From the NCBI GenBank assembly GCA_964016885.1, contig OZ024742.1:176328001-176392000 (forward strand): a DNA stretch of 64,000 nt, read 5' to 3'. Under the pieces are notes generated by a model. It saw nothing but the letters and a program-made list of their open reading frames with translations, did not search any database and was not told where the DNA came from. The position numbers and the translations under genes were made by a program. The first letter of the stretch is position 1. Each line of letters opens with the position of its first letter. This stretch comes from Eledone cirrhosa (taxonomy: Eukaryota). Of the stretch, positions 52,293-64,000 are shown in pieces.

Positions 52293-52975
52293 TCAACAGA
52301 AACCAGGGCTCTCACAGTAGTATAATCCGAAAAAGGGAATTCTAAAACTGGCTAGTTCGCCTTCATGTGTATTTATGAAAAAGCACATGAGGAAAAAACG
52401 GGGCTAGTGACGTCAGGATGGAAGTGAATGTTTATTTACAAGAAATAGCAGTCAAATACATTCTGAAAAAAACTCTACAAAGGAGTTCAGCAAAATAGCA
52501 ATAATTATCACAGTTTTTATGAAAAAAACCGGGATTAGTCACAGATAGTTTAAGCACTCTAGGAAAAGAATCCGAGTATAAATATAAATGAGAGGTATAG
52601 AGATTGTTTTATATATATATATATATATTCATCCATCTATCCAACTAGGTTTATTAATACAGATGTTTATAGTCTCTGACAGTATTAGAGTAAATCATTT
52701 CTTATTTTAAATTGTATGCAGTCATAGTGTTTTTACATATTCCACATGTTACAATTTTCACAGAATGTTAAGAATTGAACCAGATCGATACAGATCGAGC
52801 CTTGAGTTGATCAACCACGAACCGTGCATCACACCCTAATAAATAGAATGAAGATCTAACACCTCATCCTTTTTATTATTATTATTACACTCTGCTTATT
52901 ACAGAATCTTTATACCTACTGGAAGCTATGAATTGAGTGTTCACTTTCGTGCACCTAGTGTAACTGGACGTTACA

Positions 52976-53007
<32 letters not shown>

Positions 53008-56000
53008 GCTTGAATATAATAATACTTGAGTATTGCTGGAGATTGCATGAATATATATGTGTGTGTTTGCATTTACCGTTTCTTTGTCCTATAACTTATT
53101 GTCTGAATAGAAAATGTCAATAAAATCAGTAGCTGATTATAGAGAAATGTGTACAAGGGTTGATAAATCTTGCCCAAGCATTGCTTCAGTAAGGCCATAG
53201 TGTAATCACTAAAACCAATAAACAAATATTGGATAAAACTGGGAGATACGATTTTTCAGCACAGTTATTTCAGATTGTGTGGGATAATTTATAAATGACA
53301 AGTCTACCAGAGGATATTATTGTTAAAGGAAATTTCTCTGGATATAAACTGCTCATTGTAATACATGCCACAGAAAAAATAATGCTACTGGCAAGTATAG
53401 ATGTTCTTATGTTTAGTTAAGCCATATCACATTATCTGTACAGCATTTAACTACCCTTAGGCAAGCTATAGATGTCAGAAACTTCATTTTTTGCCCTGGG
53501 TGAAATGATATCTAACTTAACTGCAGTTAACCCTTTTAATTTTAAATTGCCTGAAACTACACATGGTTCTATGATATAAATCTATTTCTTTTATATCTCG
53601 ATATATATATATATATAATCTTTCTGTTATAATTTTATATAAAAAAAGCTTTATATTATGTTCCAAACACCATGTAAAATAACTAACTTTCTCATTATTC
53701 AGCTGGTGTTTGGAACATGAAATTGGCAGGGAACATCATATGCTGTGGATGATACACAGCCTTACACTCATAGACAGATCAGGCTTTTGCAATTACCCCT
53801 CAATAAAATTTCACTCACTAAGCATTGCTCACTTTAAGGGCTTGCCCAAAGTGTCATGCTGTGGGATTGAATCCAAAACCACATAGTTGCAAAATAATCT
53901 CCTTAACCACACAGCCATACCTGCACTTACACACACACACATATATGTATGTATGTATATTTTGTTTTTCATCCCACAGGGTGTCCAAAATCCCTCTCTT
54001 CACCAAGTAAGCTTGGTAAGGTTGCTGGTTTAGTCACCAAAAACCCAACCATGCATAGGTTGTACTAGGTTACATGTTACCAGTAGCACTAAAGAGCAAC
54101 CAGTCATGAGAGCAGAGGAACACAGGAGAGTCAACAGCCATCCAATCAACATTTTTTCTGAAGTCACTTTTTTGTTTAGTGGAGCGAGAGACCCCTAGTT
54201 TTCATTAAGACATCTCTGTACGAGAAGGTCACTCTGATATAAAACCTGCGACTTTGTTTGCATCCAATGATGTAGACCAGTTCTTTTGGGGGGAAATATG
54301 CATTCAATGTTCAGAGAGTGGTATTGGCCCTGTGCAAAGCCTTTTCTCATGTAAAAAAACTTCAAGCACAGGCATCGCTTGATATGTGACATTTTCTGTG
54401 ATGCATGGTATTGTTGGCCATAGGCAAGTCCCTAGCACGACTAAAAAGCCACGTCAGTTCATGCTTAAGTATCAAACGATGACATTACTCCAAATTAAGT
54501 TGCCACCATCATGTAAGTATGAATATGTATGTATTCATGTGTATGTATGTATGTATACAAACAGATACACAATACTTCCCGATTTGGTTGAAACAAATGT
54601 TTTATAAAAGGTTCCCAACAGCAACCCTGATGTGAAAGTGAATGTGATATTGATGTGAAAGTGAATGTGATATTGATGTTCAGCTTGGTTATCAAAGTGG
54701 AGTAGATTATTTGAGCCTTCAGCTTAAATGTCCTGTTCCTTCATCTCTTCGGTTCCATGTCAATGAAGAAGCTGCTGAAAAGTCCAGTTCACTTCTGATA
54801 GTCAATTCAATTATTAAAAATGAAAAAAAGAATACAAATCTAAAGAAAATCTTTATTCAGTGGAATATAGGGATCAGGGTTAGGGGTATGGTTGATGTTG
54901 GTTAAAATTTTGGTTTAGAAAAATAATTTTTTTTCCCTCTTTATTTTAATAACTTCCCCAGGTATGGACTGATCACTTAATCTTTGAATTTACTGCAAGC
55001 TAAATTCTTCTTCCTGTCATAACACATCCATAAAGTAGCATTGAATGTAATAACCTTATCTTGCTGAGCGTGGGTGTGCAGACAGTTAAACCTTTTAAAA
55101 AAATTAACTTTATTCTTGGATAGAACTTTAATCATCTCCACTGTCATCACTCTTTTTCTCTCCCTCTCTCTTTTTCTCCATCTCTCTCTCTCTCTCTTCT
55201 CTCCCTCTCTTTTTAACTCACATATTTTTCCTTTTTTCAAAAATCTTTTATTGATTTAACAGACAAAAATAAAAAAAAACTACGAAAAAAAAACATTTCG
55301 TTTATTTAATCAATCAAAATTTAATTAGATATGCTCTGAAATGAAACTTCAGTAGAATCCAGATAACTTTGAAGAAGTTGCTGTGTTTCTCTGAGCAGCT
55401 TCACATCTGTTTGTCTATTCAAAACACTATACTCTTGTGTCAATAGCTGTCCATGCTTTATATTTCATACATCGTAAAGTATCATAACCTGCATGAAAAA
55501 CAGTGATAAGCGTCAATGAATTTTTATTATAGTAATATCTAAAAAAATGGTTTGCATGATTGAGAAACTCATTTAACGAAGTAGAAGGTACCAGTTCTTT
55601 AGGCTACTTTCAACAACACTTCTATTAATAAATGGTGTTGATACAATAAATTCTAGCTCATATCTGTAGCTATACAGTTCCCATTAGTTAATGGCATTCA
55701 CTAAGATGGAACTCACTGCTATTTCCCCATTGAATAGTCCTTTTTATGACTTTTGCTCATTGATGCCAAAGACATGGCATGGAATTTATTGACACAGACA
55801 CTTAACTGGTGAATACTTTTCCCATATGATTCTGTTAAACATACCTGGCTGAAACTATGGATTTTTGCAGTGCATAAAGCCAGGTTTTCGGTAATAACTA
55901 CAAAAGTAGATTCCATTAAAATTTGGTTACTTGTAGATCGATAGATTTCAAAATAATGTTACCAAAATTTTAGTATTCTACCTTCACTAGTAACTATACT

Positions 56001-57109
56001 AAAATTAAACTGATTATAAGAAGACTACCAGGACACTTGTTTAATTGTCACACTCAAACTCATGAAGCAATCTATAATTTACAATGGATGCAACATATCT
56101 CAATGGTTAAAAAGTTCTCGTAATGATCATAAGTTTCTGGGTTTATTGGACTGCAAGTTATATAGAGCAAGTATGGTTTACCATAGACTCAGGTCAACCC
56201 AAGCCTTATGGAGGAAACTGAGTAGATGGAAACTGTTTAGAAACTCCTTTGATGGACTGTGACTCTAATTAAAATGACCAGCCATGATAGACACTGTGTC
56301 ATGTTGAATCTCTGAAAATTATGTTAAGGTACACATGATTGTGAAATGCTCAGCCACTTGCATAATAATTTCACTACAGGGCTGATCAATTGATTGAACA
56401 ACTAAAGCTCATAGCATTGTAAATGACAGAGGTTCATTTCTTGCTGCACATAAACACCTACAGTAAAGCAGCCTCTGTAGTCATTGAACTTGTTAGAAAT
56501 ACCATGGTATAATACCATCATAGGGCCCTAGAATATCTTTAATGAAGTATTGGAAGCATTTGAGCCTGGTCTCTGGTTTGAGGAACACGCCTGTCTGGTA
56601 CTAGTCTTAGAGGCCATGATTAAAAGTCATGGGCACTGCACTTGCCACTGTAATTAAACAGTGAAACAAAAATGGACAGACAGACGCCTGGTACACATAA
56701 TCCCTGAAATAGAAAAATATGGGTAAGTGATGGTTAGAATGTATTTTATCCATAGGTTTGATTAATTAAAGTTGATTTAGAGCTAAATAACATCTCTGAC
56801 ATTCAGTTCTTGAGCCACTGATGAAATCACTGCTATGTCTTTGCCTGAGATGCTGAAAATAGTAGTCAGATACTCCTCATATCATACCCTCCAAAGCTTT
56901 AAAAAAGTGGCAATACTGGATAATGTAGTTCTGGATACACTGTGTTTGAAGAAAAGATAAGCTATTCATAGCTGGAGTGAAGTTGATGATAGGTCTTCCT
57001 GATCTGTACTGACCCCAGATAGGGATAGGGTAAGCAACAACAATAACAACTACTATAAAAGGTCGACTTCTGTTTATTAAGATGATGTGGGTTCCATTTC
57101 TTTTTATTA

Positions 57110-58210
57110 ATCGAACAGCTTACTCATGAAATTAACATGTATGTGACTCAGCATTCCACCGACACAGGCAGCCATAACATAATTCTCTGAGATATCAATG
57201 TGATAGCATCACACAGTTGGTTGTTTGAATTACAACTACAGTCCAGTTTGTATTGTAGCACAAGTGGATGAGTATTCCACAGACATATGTACCTATAACA
57301 TAATTCTCAGGGAGATTCTGATTGATACAGTGTAACATTGCTAGCTCTTTGAATAACAGGTACATCCCATCTTGTATTTTAGTGCAAATGGCTGAGTATT
57401 CCACATAGGCAGAGAGATTCAGAATGACACATTGTGTGGTAAGGTTCACCTGTTAAATTACAGGTATAGTCCACCTTGTATTTTACTGGAAGTTGATAAG
57501 TATTCTACAGACAGAAGTACTTATCAGGGTGAGTCAACATGGCACGGTATGTAACAAGACTGGTTCTTTGAATTACAGGTACAAATCACCTTGTTGGCAG
57601 TATCGGTAGAGGGTCGGACGCCATGCTTTAATGCATAGAGTTACGGCCCTTGCTATTCTGAGTTCAAATCCCGCCGAGGTTAACTTTGCCTTTCATCCTT
57701 ACGGGGTCGATAAAATAAAGTACCAGTAATGTACTGGGTAATTTCTGGCCTTGTGCCAATAGTAGAAACAATTATATTATATAAGGCAGTAGATTGCCAT
57801 TATCAGTAGAGGGTCTGATGCCATGCTTTTCAGCATAGAGTTATGGCCCTTTACGGTCTGAGTTCAAATCCCACCAAGGTTAACTTTGCCTTTCATCCTT
57901 ACAGGGTGATAAAATAAAGTACCAGTAATGCACTGGGATAATTGCTAGCCTTGTGCCAAACGTAGAAACAATTATACTATATATGGCTGAGCATTCAACA
58001 AAAAACATATCCTTAACATAATTCTCAGGGAAATTCAGTTTGACATCACATAGGACAAGACTGGCTCTTGAAATTACAGGTACAGCCCATCTTGTATTAT
58101 AAAATATATTGCTCAGTATTCAATAAACATGTACACTTAACGTAATTCTCAGGATGATTCAGCTTGACAATGTATGACAAGACTGGCTGATTGAATTACT
58201 GGTTTAGTTC
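57110..58210 (+). repeat. Diverged ~120-bp tandem array interrupted by two SINEs (57594-57972)
   Basis: GGCTGAGTATTCCACAGACA...AATTCTCAGGG...TGAATTACAGGTAC units. Related pieces lie on the minus strand at ~41570-41750 and ~56200-56440. Confidence 0.75.
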
Positions 58211-58954
58211 ATCCAATAAACTTCCTCACACTTTTCCCTCTACAAAATGCCACTCGCAAGGCATAGATTGAGCTGAGTCTGTGGTAAATGACAGTTGCCC
58301 AATAGATAATGCAGTGGGATTGAACCCAGGGCCTAATGATAGCGATACAAAATTCTTAAATATTGGGCCATGCTGCAACCACACACCAATAATACCAGCA
58401 TTGATATAGTTCATTATGTTTGAAAGTGTCTTTGATGCTTTGTTGTGGAAAGTTTCATTATTCAATGTCATGTGAGGAAGTGTATTGAGCGAAATATATT
58501 AGATTTCGAGTTTATAGAGAGTTGAAGTATACTTGTATGAGAAAATGGCAATGACAGTGTGTAAGAGGAGAGGAGGTAGATAGACAGGGACTAAATGATA
58601 GATTAAAGGTGCGAAAAAGAGAAAAAGGCAGATAGACAGAGTGTTAAAGAGAGAGAGAGAGGAGAAGAAAGAAAATTCCCTCATGAGAGAATAAGGACAG
58701 TGTAGGTGGAGGAGAGGTAGATATTCAAGGGACTAAGAGATAGATTAAAGTTGAGAAAGAGAGAAGGAGAGTTCCTATATGAAAGAATGGTAATGATAGT
58801 GTGTGATAAGAAGGAAGGTAGAGAGGGAGAAAAAGGTGAATAAACAGAGGGTGAGAGATAGATTAAAGTTGAGAGAAAGAGTTGTTGCATGAGAGAATGA
58901 CAAAGACTGTGTTTAGATCTAGGATTATGCTCAGCTGTAGTCATCACATCTCTA

Positions 58955-59357
58955 TTTGGCAGTATTGGTAGAGTAATATTGGTAGAATGTCAGACAACAT
59001 GCTTTGCATCATTACTGTATTGATAAACTAAAGTACCAGTAACACACTGGGGTTGATTTAACCGTCTTTACCTCTATCATTCAAATTGCTGGCCTTGTGC
59101 CTAAATCAGAAACCATTATTATCATTATTATAATCATTATTGGACAATGGGTTGGCGGTATTGGAAGAACATCAGACAACATGCTTCATGGCATAGAGTT
59201 ATGGCAATGTACATTCTGAGTTCAAATCTCACCGATGTTAGATTTGCCTTTCATCCTTAGAGGGGAGGGGGCGTAAAAAAAGCGTCAGTTTAACACTGGG
59301 GTCAATTTAGTTGACTTCCCCACCCCAAATTGTTCGCCTAGTGCCTAAATCAGAAAT
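58955..59357 (+). mobile_element. Two old SINE copies
   Basis: TTGGCAGTATTGGTAGA head, CTGAGTTCAAAT, TGCCTTTCATCCTT. Confidence 0.75.
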
Positions 59358-59369
59358 AAGAAATTTTTT

Positions 59370-60612
59370 GAGAGGAAGCTACATTGAAAAGTCGGGCAAA
59401 GGTGGTGAACGCATACATCGCTTCCATCATCTACTACTGACACCATCATACCGTGTCCTGATTCTTGTCTGACTACACAGGAGCATTTGCTCTTTCACTT
59501 TTTGCTAATGATCAGGTGGTCATTTTGCTGCCAACATCTACTAAGTGGATGATTGGGCATGCTGTAGCTTTACCTCACTGATGAATGATGAATAGGTGTG
59601 GTCACTGTTTGCTAGACACAGTTTTCCACAGATAATCTCCTTGATAGAGCTGCAGTCCTGGATCAAGCGAACACTGAGAGGCAGTGCTTGAAAACTGGAA
59701 TGTATCCAACTCCTCACAGCTTTCAGCCAACCAGGCAGTGCAATCAGTGGAAACTCCACCTTAACTTTCTATAGTGGTTTAGCAGTGGGTAAAATTGATG
59801 ACATTGTTGGAGAGATTATAGGGGTCGACAAAAATCAATTAGCCACTCTTTTCCTAAGGAATGTTCAGTTCAGAGTCCATGGTTAACTTCCAGAAATCCA
59901 TGGCCTAGCAGTGCTGCTGAGGAGCTTTACCAGCTCAAGATAAACTCTACAGGCATGGAAATGCTGCTAGCCAAGCCTGTCTGAGATGTGCGCAGAGTGA
60001 CAAACCTACCCTGCATGTACTCATCAGGTGTCCGAGTATTGCTGACCTGTGGGTTTATGTCAAACATCTTCTATCAAATGTAGGATTGATCAGACTATCA
60101 ACTGAGGCCATTGGGAAGATTGTTCCACCATCTTCCTTTTAGGGGTAAGGACAGGCAGTTTTGATGTGATTGGTGTTCCATAGTGAAAGAGGTCATGTGG
60201 TGGACAAGCACTTTCCTCTTCAGCAAAGCCCTATTTAACTTTTTCAGGTTTCACTTGAAGAAAACATCTATTTGGAGAGTGAAATGCTGCCTTGCAACCA
60301 CTTTGTTGAAAGATGGGTGAGAGAGGCGAGTATGGTTCAAGTGAATGGGCTTGCTCTGAGTACACAGCTGGAAAATGGAGGAAAACATCTGTGAGAGAGC
60401 ACTTGCACTAGTGGCTTTTTGTGGGGTTTTTCCATGGAGGTATCCCCACTTTTGTGGAATTTGTTTTATTTTAAATGTTTGTTATTTAGCCTTCTTTATA
60501 AACTTTTTCCCCTCTCACAAAAAACCCACACTTTACTGTCCTGTACCATCCTTAATGTTCTCTTAATGTAAGCCCTGTGTGGCTAATAAAGACATCATTA
60601 TTATTATTATTG
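59370..60612 (+). pseudogene. L1/Tx1-type LINE 3' remnant
   Basis: LKSRAKVVNAYIASIIYY and CCHC motif CLRCAQSDKPTLHVLIRCPSIADLW (~59978). AATAAA plus (ATT)n tail. Confidence 0.75.
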
Positions 60613-60894
60613 TTGTTGTTGGTATTATTATTATTAAATCAGTGACAACATTGTCAAGTAAGATTTTCTGAAAATGTGTGCTAGGGTGTGATATGAACTC
60701 ACATATTTGCCTTTAATTTTAGTTAAAGACTCTTCATATTTACAAAAGAAAATACAGTATGTTCATTTCATCCAACTATAATTGTTCTCCTATTGTGTAA
60801 TTTTAAATATTGCATGAACACCTGCTATTGACAGAGACATTGCTTCACTTTAAACACCAGATTAATTAGTCAAATATATACATAGTTAATCCAT

Positions 60895-61372
60895 GGCAGG
60901 TGACACAATTAAGTGCAAGAATTGCAGGCATTGGTGTAGTAATGCACCAGCTTCAGTATTTGGTAATCAGAAGAAGGAACGTAGGTGTAAAAACCAAATT
61001 CGCTATCTTCAATTCGGTATTCATGCCAACCCTTACCTGTGTTCATGAATCTTGGGTAATGACCAAAAGTATACAATCACAAATTCAAGCGACAGAAATG
61101 GGGTTCCTCTCAATGGTGTTTAGAGTAATATTACTTGATAGAGTGCATGTCTCAGGAAAGAATTGCTGGTCAGATGTTACTGGCAAAACCAACCGGCAGG
61201 AGACCCAGGAGTAGACCCCGGGCAAGATAGTTAGATAGCATCTATGAACTTGGCTGGTTACACTTGGGGATCAGGTGGATTAGATGAAGACGATTGCTTC
61301 AGACAGGACCTGCAGGAAGGAGTGTTTGAGGACTCTTTCCCTAAGACCCTGCAAAGTGAGCAAAGAAGAAGA
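60895..61372 (+). mobile_element. Old RTE-like LINE 3' fragment (third family)
   Basis: KTKFAIFNSVFMPTLT..ESWVM...IQATEMGFL, then a GRPR-like motif and GAA tail. Confidence 0.7.
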
Positions 61373-61419
61373 ATCCAAGAAACATTCTAATTACATGAAT
61401 CAGAAAAGAAAATGAATCT

Positions 61420-61730
61420 ATAGGTGTAACATATCTCTGTTGATGGAACATATATGTTATCTACTCTTTAAATATTTTAGCTATATATCTATATGTTATC
61501 GATATTTGTTGAGGGAACCATGAAGTTAACTATCTCGGTTGAATAGAAATTACACATCTAAGCTGAACATCTAGATGTTACATATCTCTGTTGATGGTAC
61601 TAAGATGTTAACTAGAAATTCTTCTTCTTAAATGGATATCTAGATGTTACATATTTCTGTTGATGGAATGCTGATGTCTACACATTACATATATCTCTGT
61701 TGCTGTTACCAAGATGTTAACTACATATAA
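61420..61730. repeat. Degenerate tandem repeat
   Basis: ACATATCTCTGTTGATGG recurs about five times. Confidence 0.7.
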
Positions 61731-62683
61731 CACATCTATCCATTTATTTGATCTTCTGCCTCTCACTTAATCCAGAGATGATGGGTATGGAATAAGATGG
61801 CATATTACAAACATTTGTTACAAACAAACAGACAGACAGTAAGTTAGAGGGCGAGAAGGGTAAGGGAGTGAACAATTTCCTTAGAACACAAAGCAGGTAT
61901 TTATTAAATTCCATTTAAGCAAGTAATTGAAATTTAACACTTAATAACATATTGCTACAAATGGCCTACACACATTGGATATAATCAAATTTACTATATG
62001 TCTAAATCCAAAGTGAATATATTTGAACTAATATATAGTCTTTGAATACATTGAATAGCATAAGATATGACATTGATTCTCTCAATATAGAATGTCTTAA
62101 TGCGTTTAATCAAGATATCTTGGTTTGGTCAAAGAATCTTAAAATTACCTTACAATGAATGCCGGCTATTATCCACCTTCTAAGAAATGAAGCATTGTCA
62201 TTAACCACATTTCCGATTTAAGAAAATGGCATGAAAGGTTCAGCAGAAGGTTGCCAAAATTTCTATTTTATTTGCATAAAGCTTATTAGAAATTGCATGG
62301 AATAAGTGTGTTTAATGATAGGTTTCCTTTAATGTAACACTGGCCGATAGAATATTCTTTCACTCATACATTCAGAACATTACCAAATAATTCAAACTTT
62401 CTAATCCTCTCTTAGATGCTGAAAGTATTTAAAAAGAAATCATACTGAAGTTATATCTATATATATTTGTATGCAAATACATATATATATATATAAGCAC
62501 ACACACACACATACATATATATATATACACACACCCACACAGTTTCTCCGACTAAGAACAAACTTAATGTGCAATTAATGACACATATGCCTCTTACTTG
62601 TCACAATGGATATGTGGATGTAGAATTATAATATTAATAGTATTTGTTATAATGATGATGATGATGATTCTATCTCTCTCTCT

Positions 62684-62749
<66 letters not shown>

Positions 62750-63746
62750 GGAAAAGATTGTTTTGGTAAAAAACAGGAGAAAGCTCTCAACAATCGTTGC
62801 TTTTAGTTATGATGGAGAATTTTATAAAAATAACAAAATAAGATGCTGAGGTTACATATATCGTTTAATCATTATAATTATTTTCCCGGTTCTCCATGCA
62901 ATTGAGATGTCTTTCATGCATTTGCTGTTGATTATGACAAATGAAAAACCGATGTGTTTGATATGTCGCTGGCAGGAAAAAACACACATCCTGTTGTTGT
63001 GTGCCCAGCAGACATACGAGTTCCTTGAAATGCCAGCCGTCGTGTTTGCTAGAAAAAGCTATCAATGAAAAAAAACGAAAAACTGTGTGTAGCCAAAACC
63101 AAGTAGACAGTGGAAGCAATAAATGGAGCTCCGAGGAAGTGTGGGATATATATTTTGTTGACAACTACCTATAGACAACAACAACAACAACAACAATAAC
63201 AGGTAAACGCCGCCCAATATCGTCCACACTGGCCGTAGCAGTCGTAGTGATATTACTGCCCTACTGACAACAATAACGAAATCAACAGCTACAGTAAACA
63301 GTTACAACAACAACAACAACAGCAACAATAACAACATCAGCTAAAGCACTCACCAGCGTCGTGTACACAGGTCGTAGCAGTTGTAGTGACGGTATCACCC
63401 TGTCGACAATAACAACGATACAGCCAAAGCAATAACAGGAGTTCTGAGGTAGGTAGGTCGGTACACAGAATAGGTGGCATCAATCACCAAGACCATATAT
63501 AGCAACAACAACAATGGCAACGGCAACAAACATTAACACCGCCCATCACCTACCCTGTTCGTCGTAGTAGTGGTGGCATCATTTATATTAGTAGCAAGCC
63601 CATTGGTAACACCAGTGATGATCCCACCACGGTGATGACGGCAACAGGAAAAGGCCACGCTTGCATGAAAAATAAACTAGCCACAATAGTAGTCCATTGA
63701 AACAAGGAAGCGAAAAATGGGATAGAAATATAGATGGGTATCTATA

Positions 63747-64000
63747 TCTATATATCTAAAACAGAGAATGTCTGTCTGTCTGTCTGACCCCTAAAACTCG
63801 AGCACCACCCAACCGATTGTTTTCAAACTTTACACATGTAATACTTATGATCCTGTGAGTGTTTTGAGCAAAACAAATTTCAAATTGTTAATGCCCTAGG
63901 GACCTCATTAGGCAATTTAGCGATCTCTCTATAATTCTTAGTCTTTCTTTTTAGATAGATACATAGATATAACGTTGCGCCCTTATAATATCTGTCTGTA
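63747..64000 (+). mobile_element. Helitron-like family H1 5' part (runs off the window)
   Basis: A|TCTATATATCTAAAACAGAGAATGTC. Aligns to 506-790. Confidence 0.65.

Larger units (their letters stand above)
51326..52611 (-). mobile_element. Retrozyme-like tandem: two 628-bp units + ~30-bp terminal redundancy
   Basis: AATGAGAGGTATAGAGATTGTTTT at 51331, 51959 and 52587. Units look identical by eye. One HHR per unit, non-coding, (TA)n flanks. Confidence 0.92.

Noticed and set aside
57110-58210. CRISPR-like repeat/spacer pattern (also 47045-47160 and 61420-61730)
   Set aside because: Whole units are diverged tandem copies without unique spacers, the context is eukaryotic, and there are no cas genes.
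62865-63164. 99-aa ORF as a host gene
   Set aside because: Non-ATG start and no recognisable motif. It could be UTR, but this is unsupported.

Overview
This is AT-rich animal (metazoan) repeat-dominated DNA with no convincing host-gene exon. The extreme (TA)n/(CA)n load and the RTE LINE and SINE families suggest a cephalopod such as Octopus, which is an inference. Almost all short ORFs in the track are microsatellite artefacts. The real content is: two Penelope-like retroelements (PLEs, RT + GIY-YIG), one forming a ~6.25-kb head-to-head palindrome; RTE, R4/Dong and L1/Tx1 LINE remnants; many tRNA-type SINEs; non-autonomous Helitrons including a head-to-tail array; Tc1/mariner MITEs and a mariner relic; and a solo-LTR-like insert with non-canonical ends. 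The main signal is about 18 type-I hammerhead ribozyme (HHR) motifs read by eye, about 14 with an intact CUGANGA/GAAA core. They sit in small elements inserted into (TA)n, in two architectures: fold-back palindromes with one long and one short arm, and tandem or terminally redundant units resembling retrozymes. Several otherwise dissimilar families share an ACTC...GAGT stem, with compensatory variants, placed just beyond the point where the short arm or tandem copy ends. This suggests a common cis signal for a PLE-driven ribozyme-element system. All folds and alignments were done by eye and need computational confirmation.
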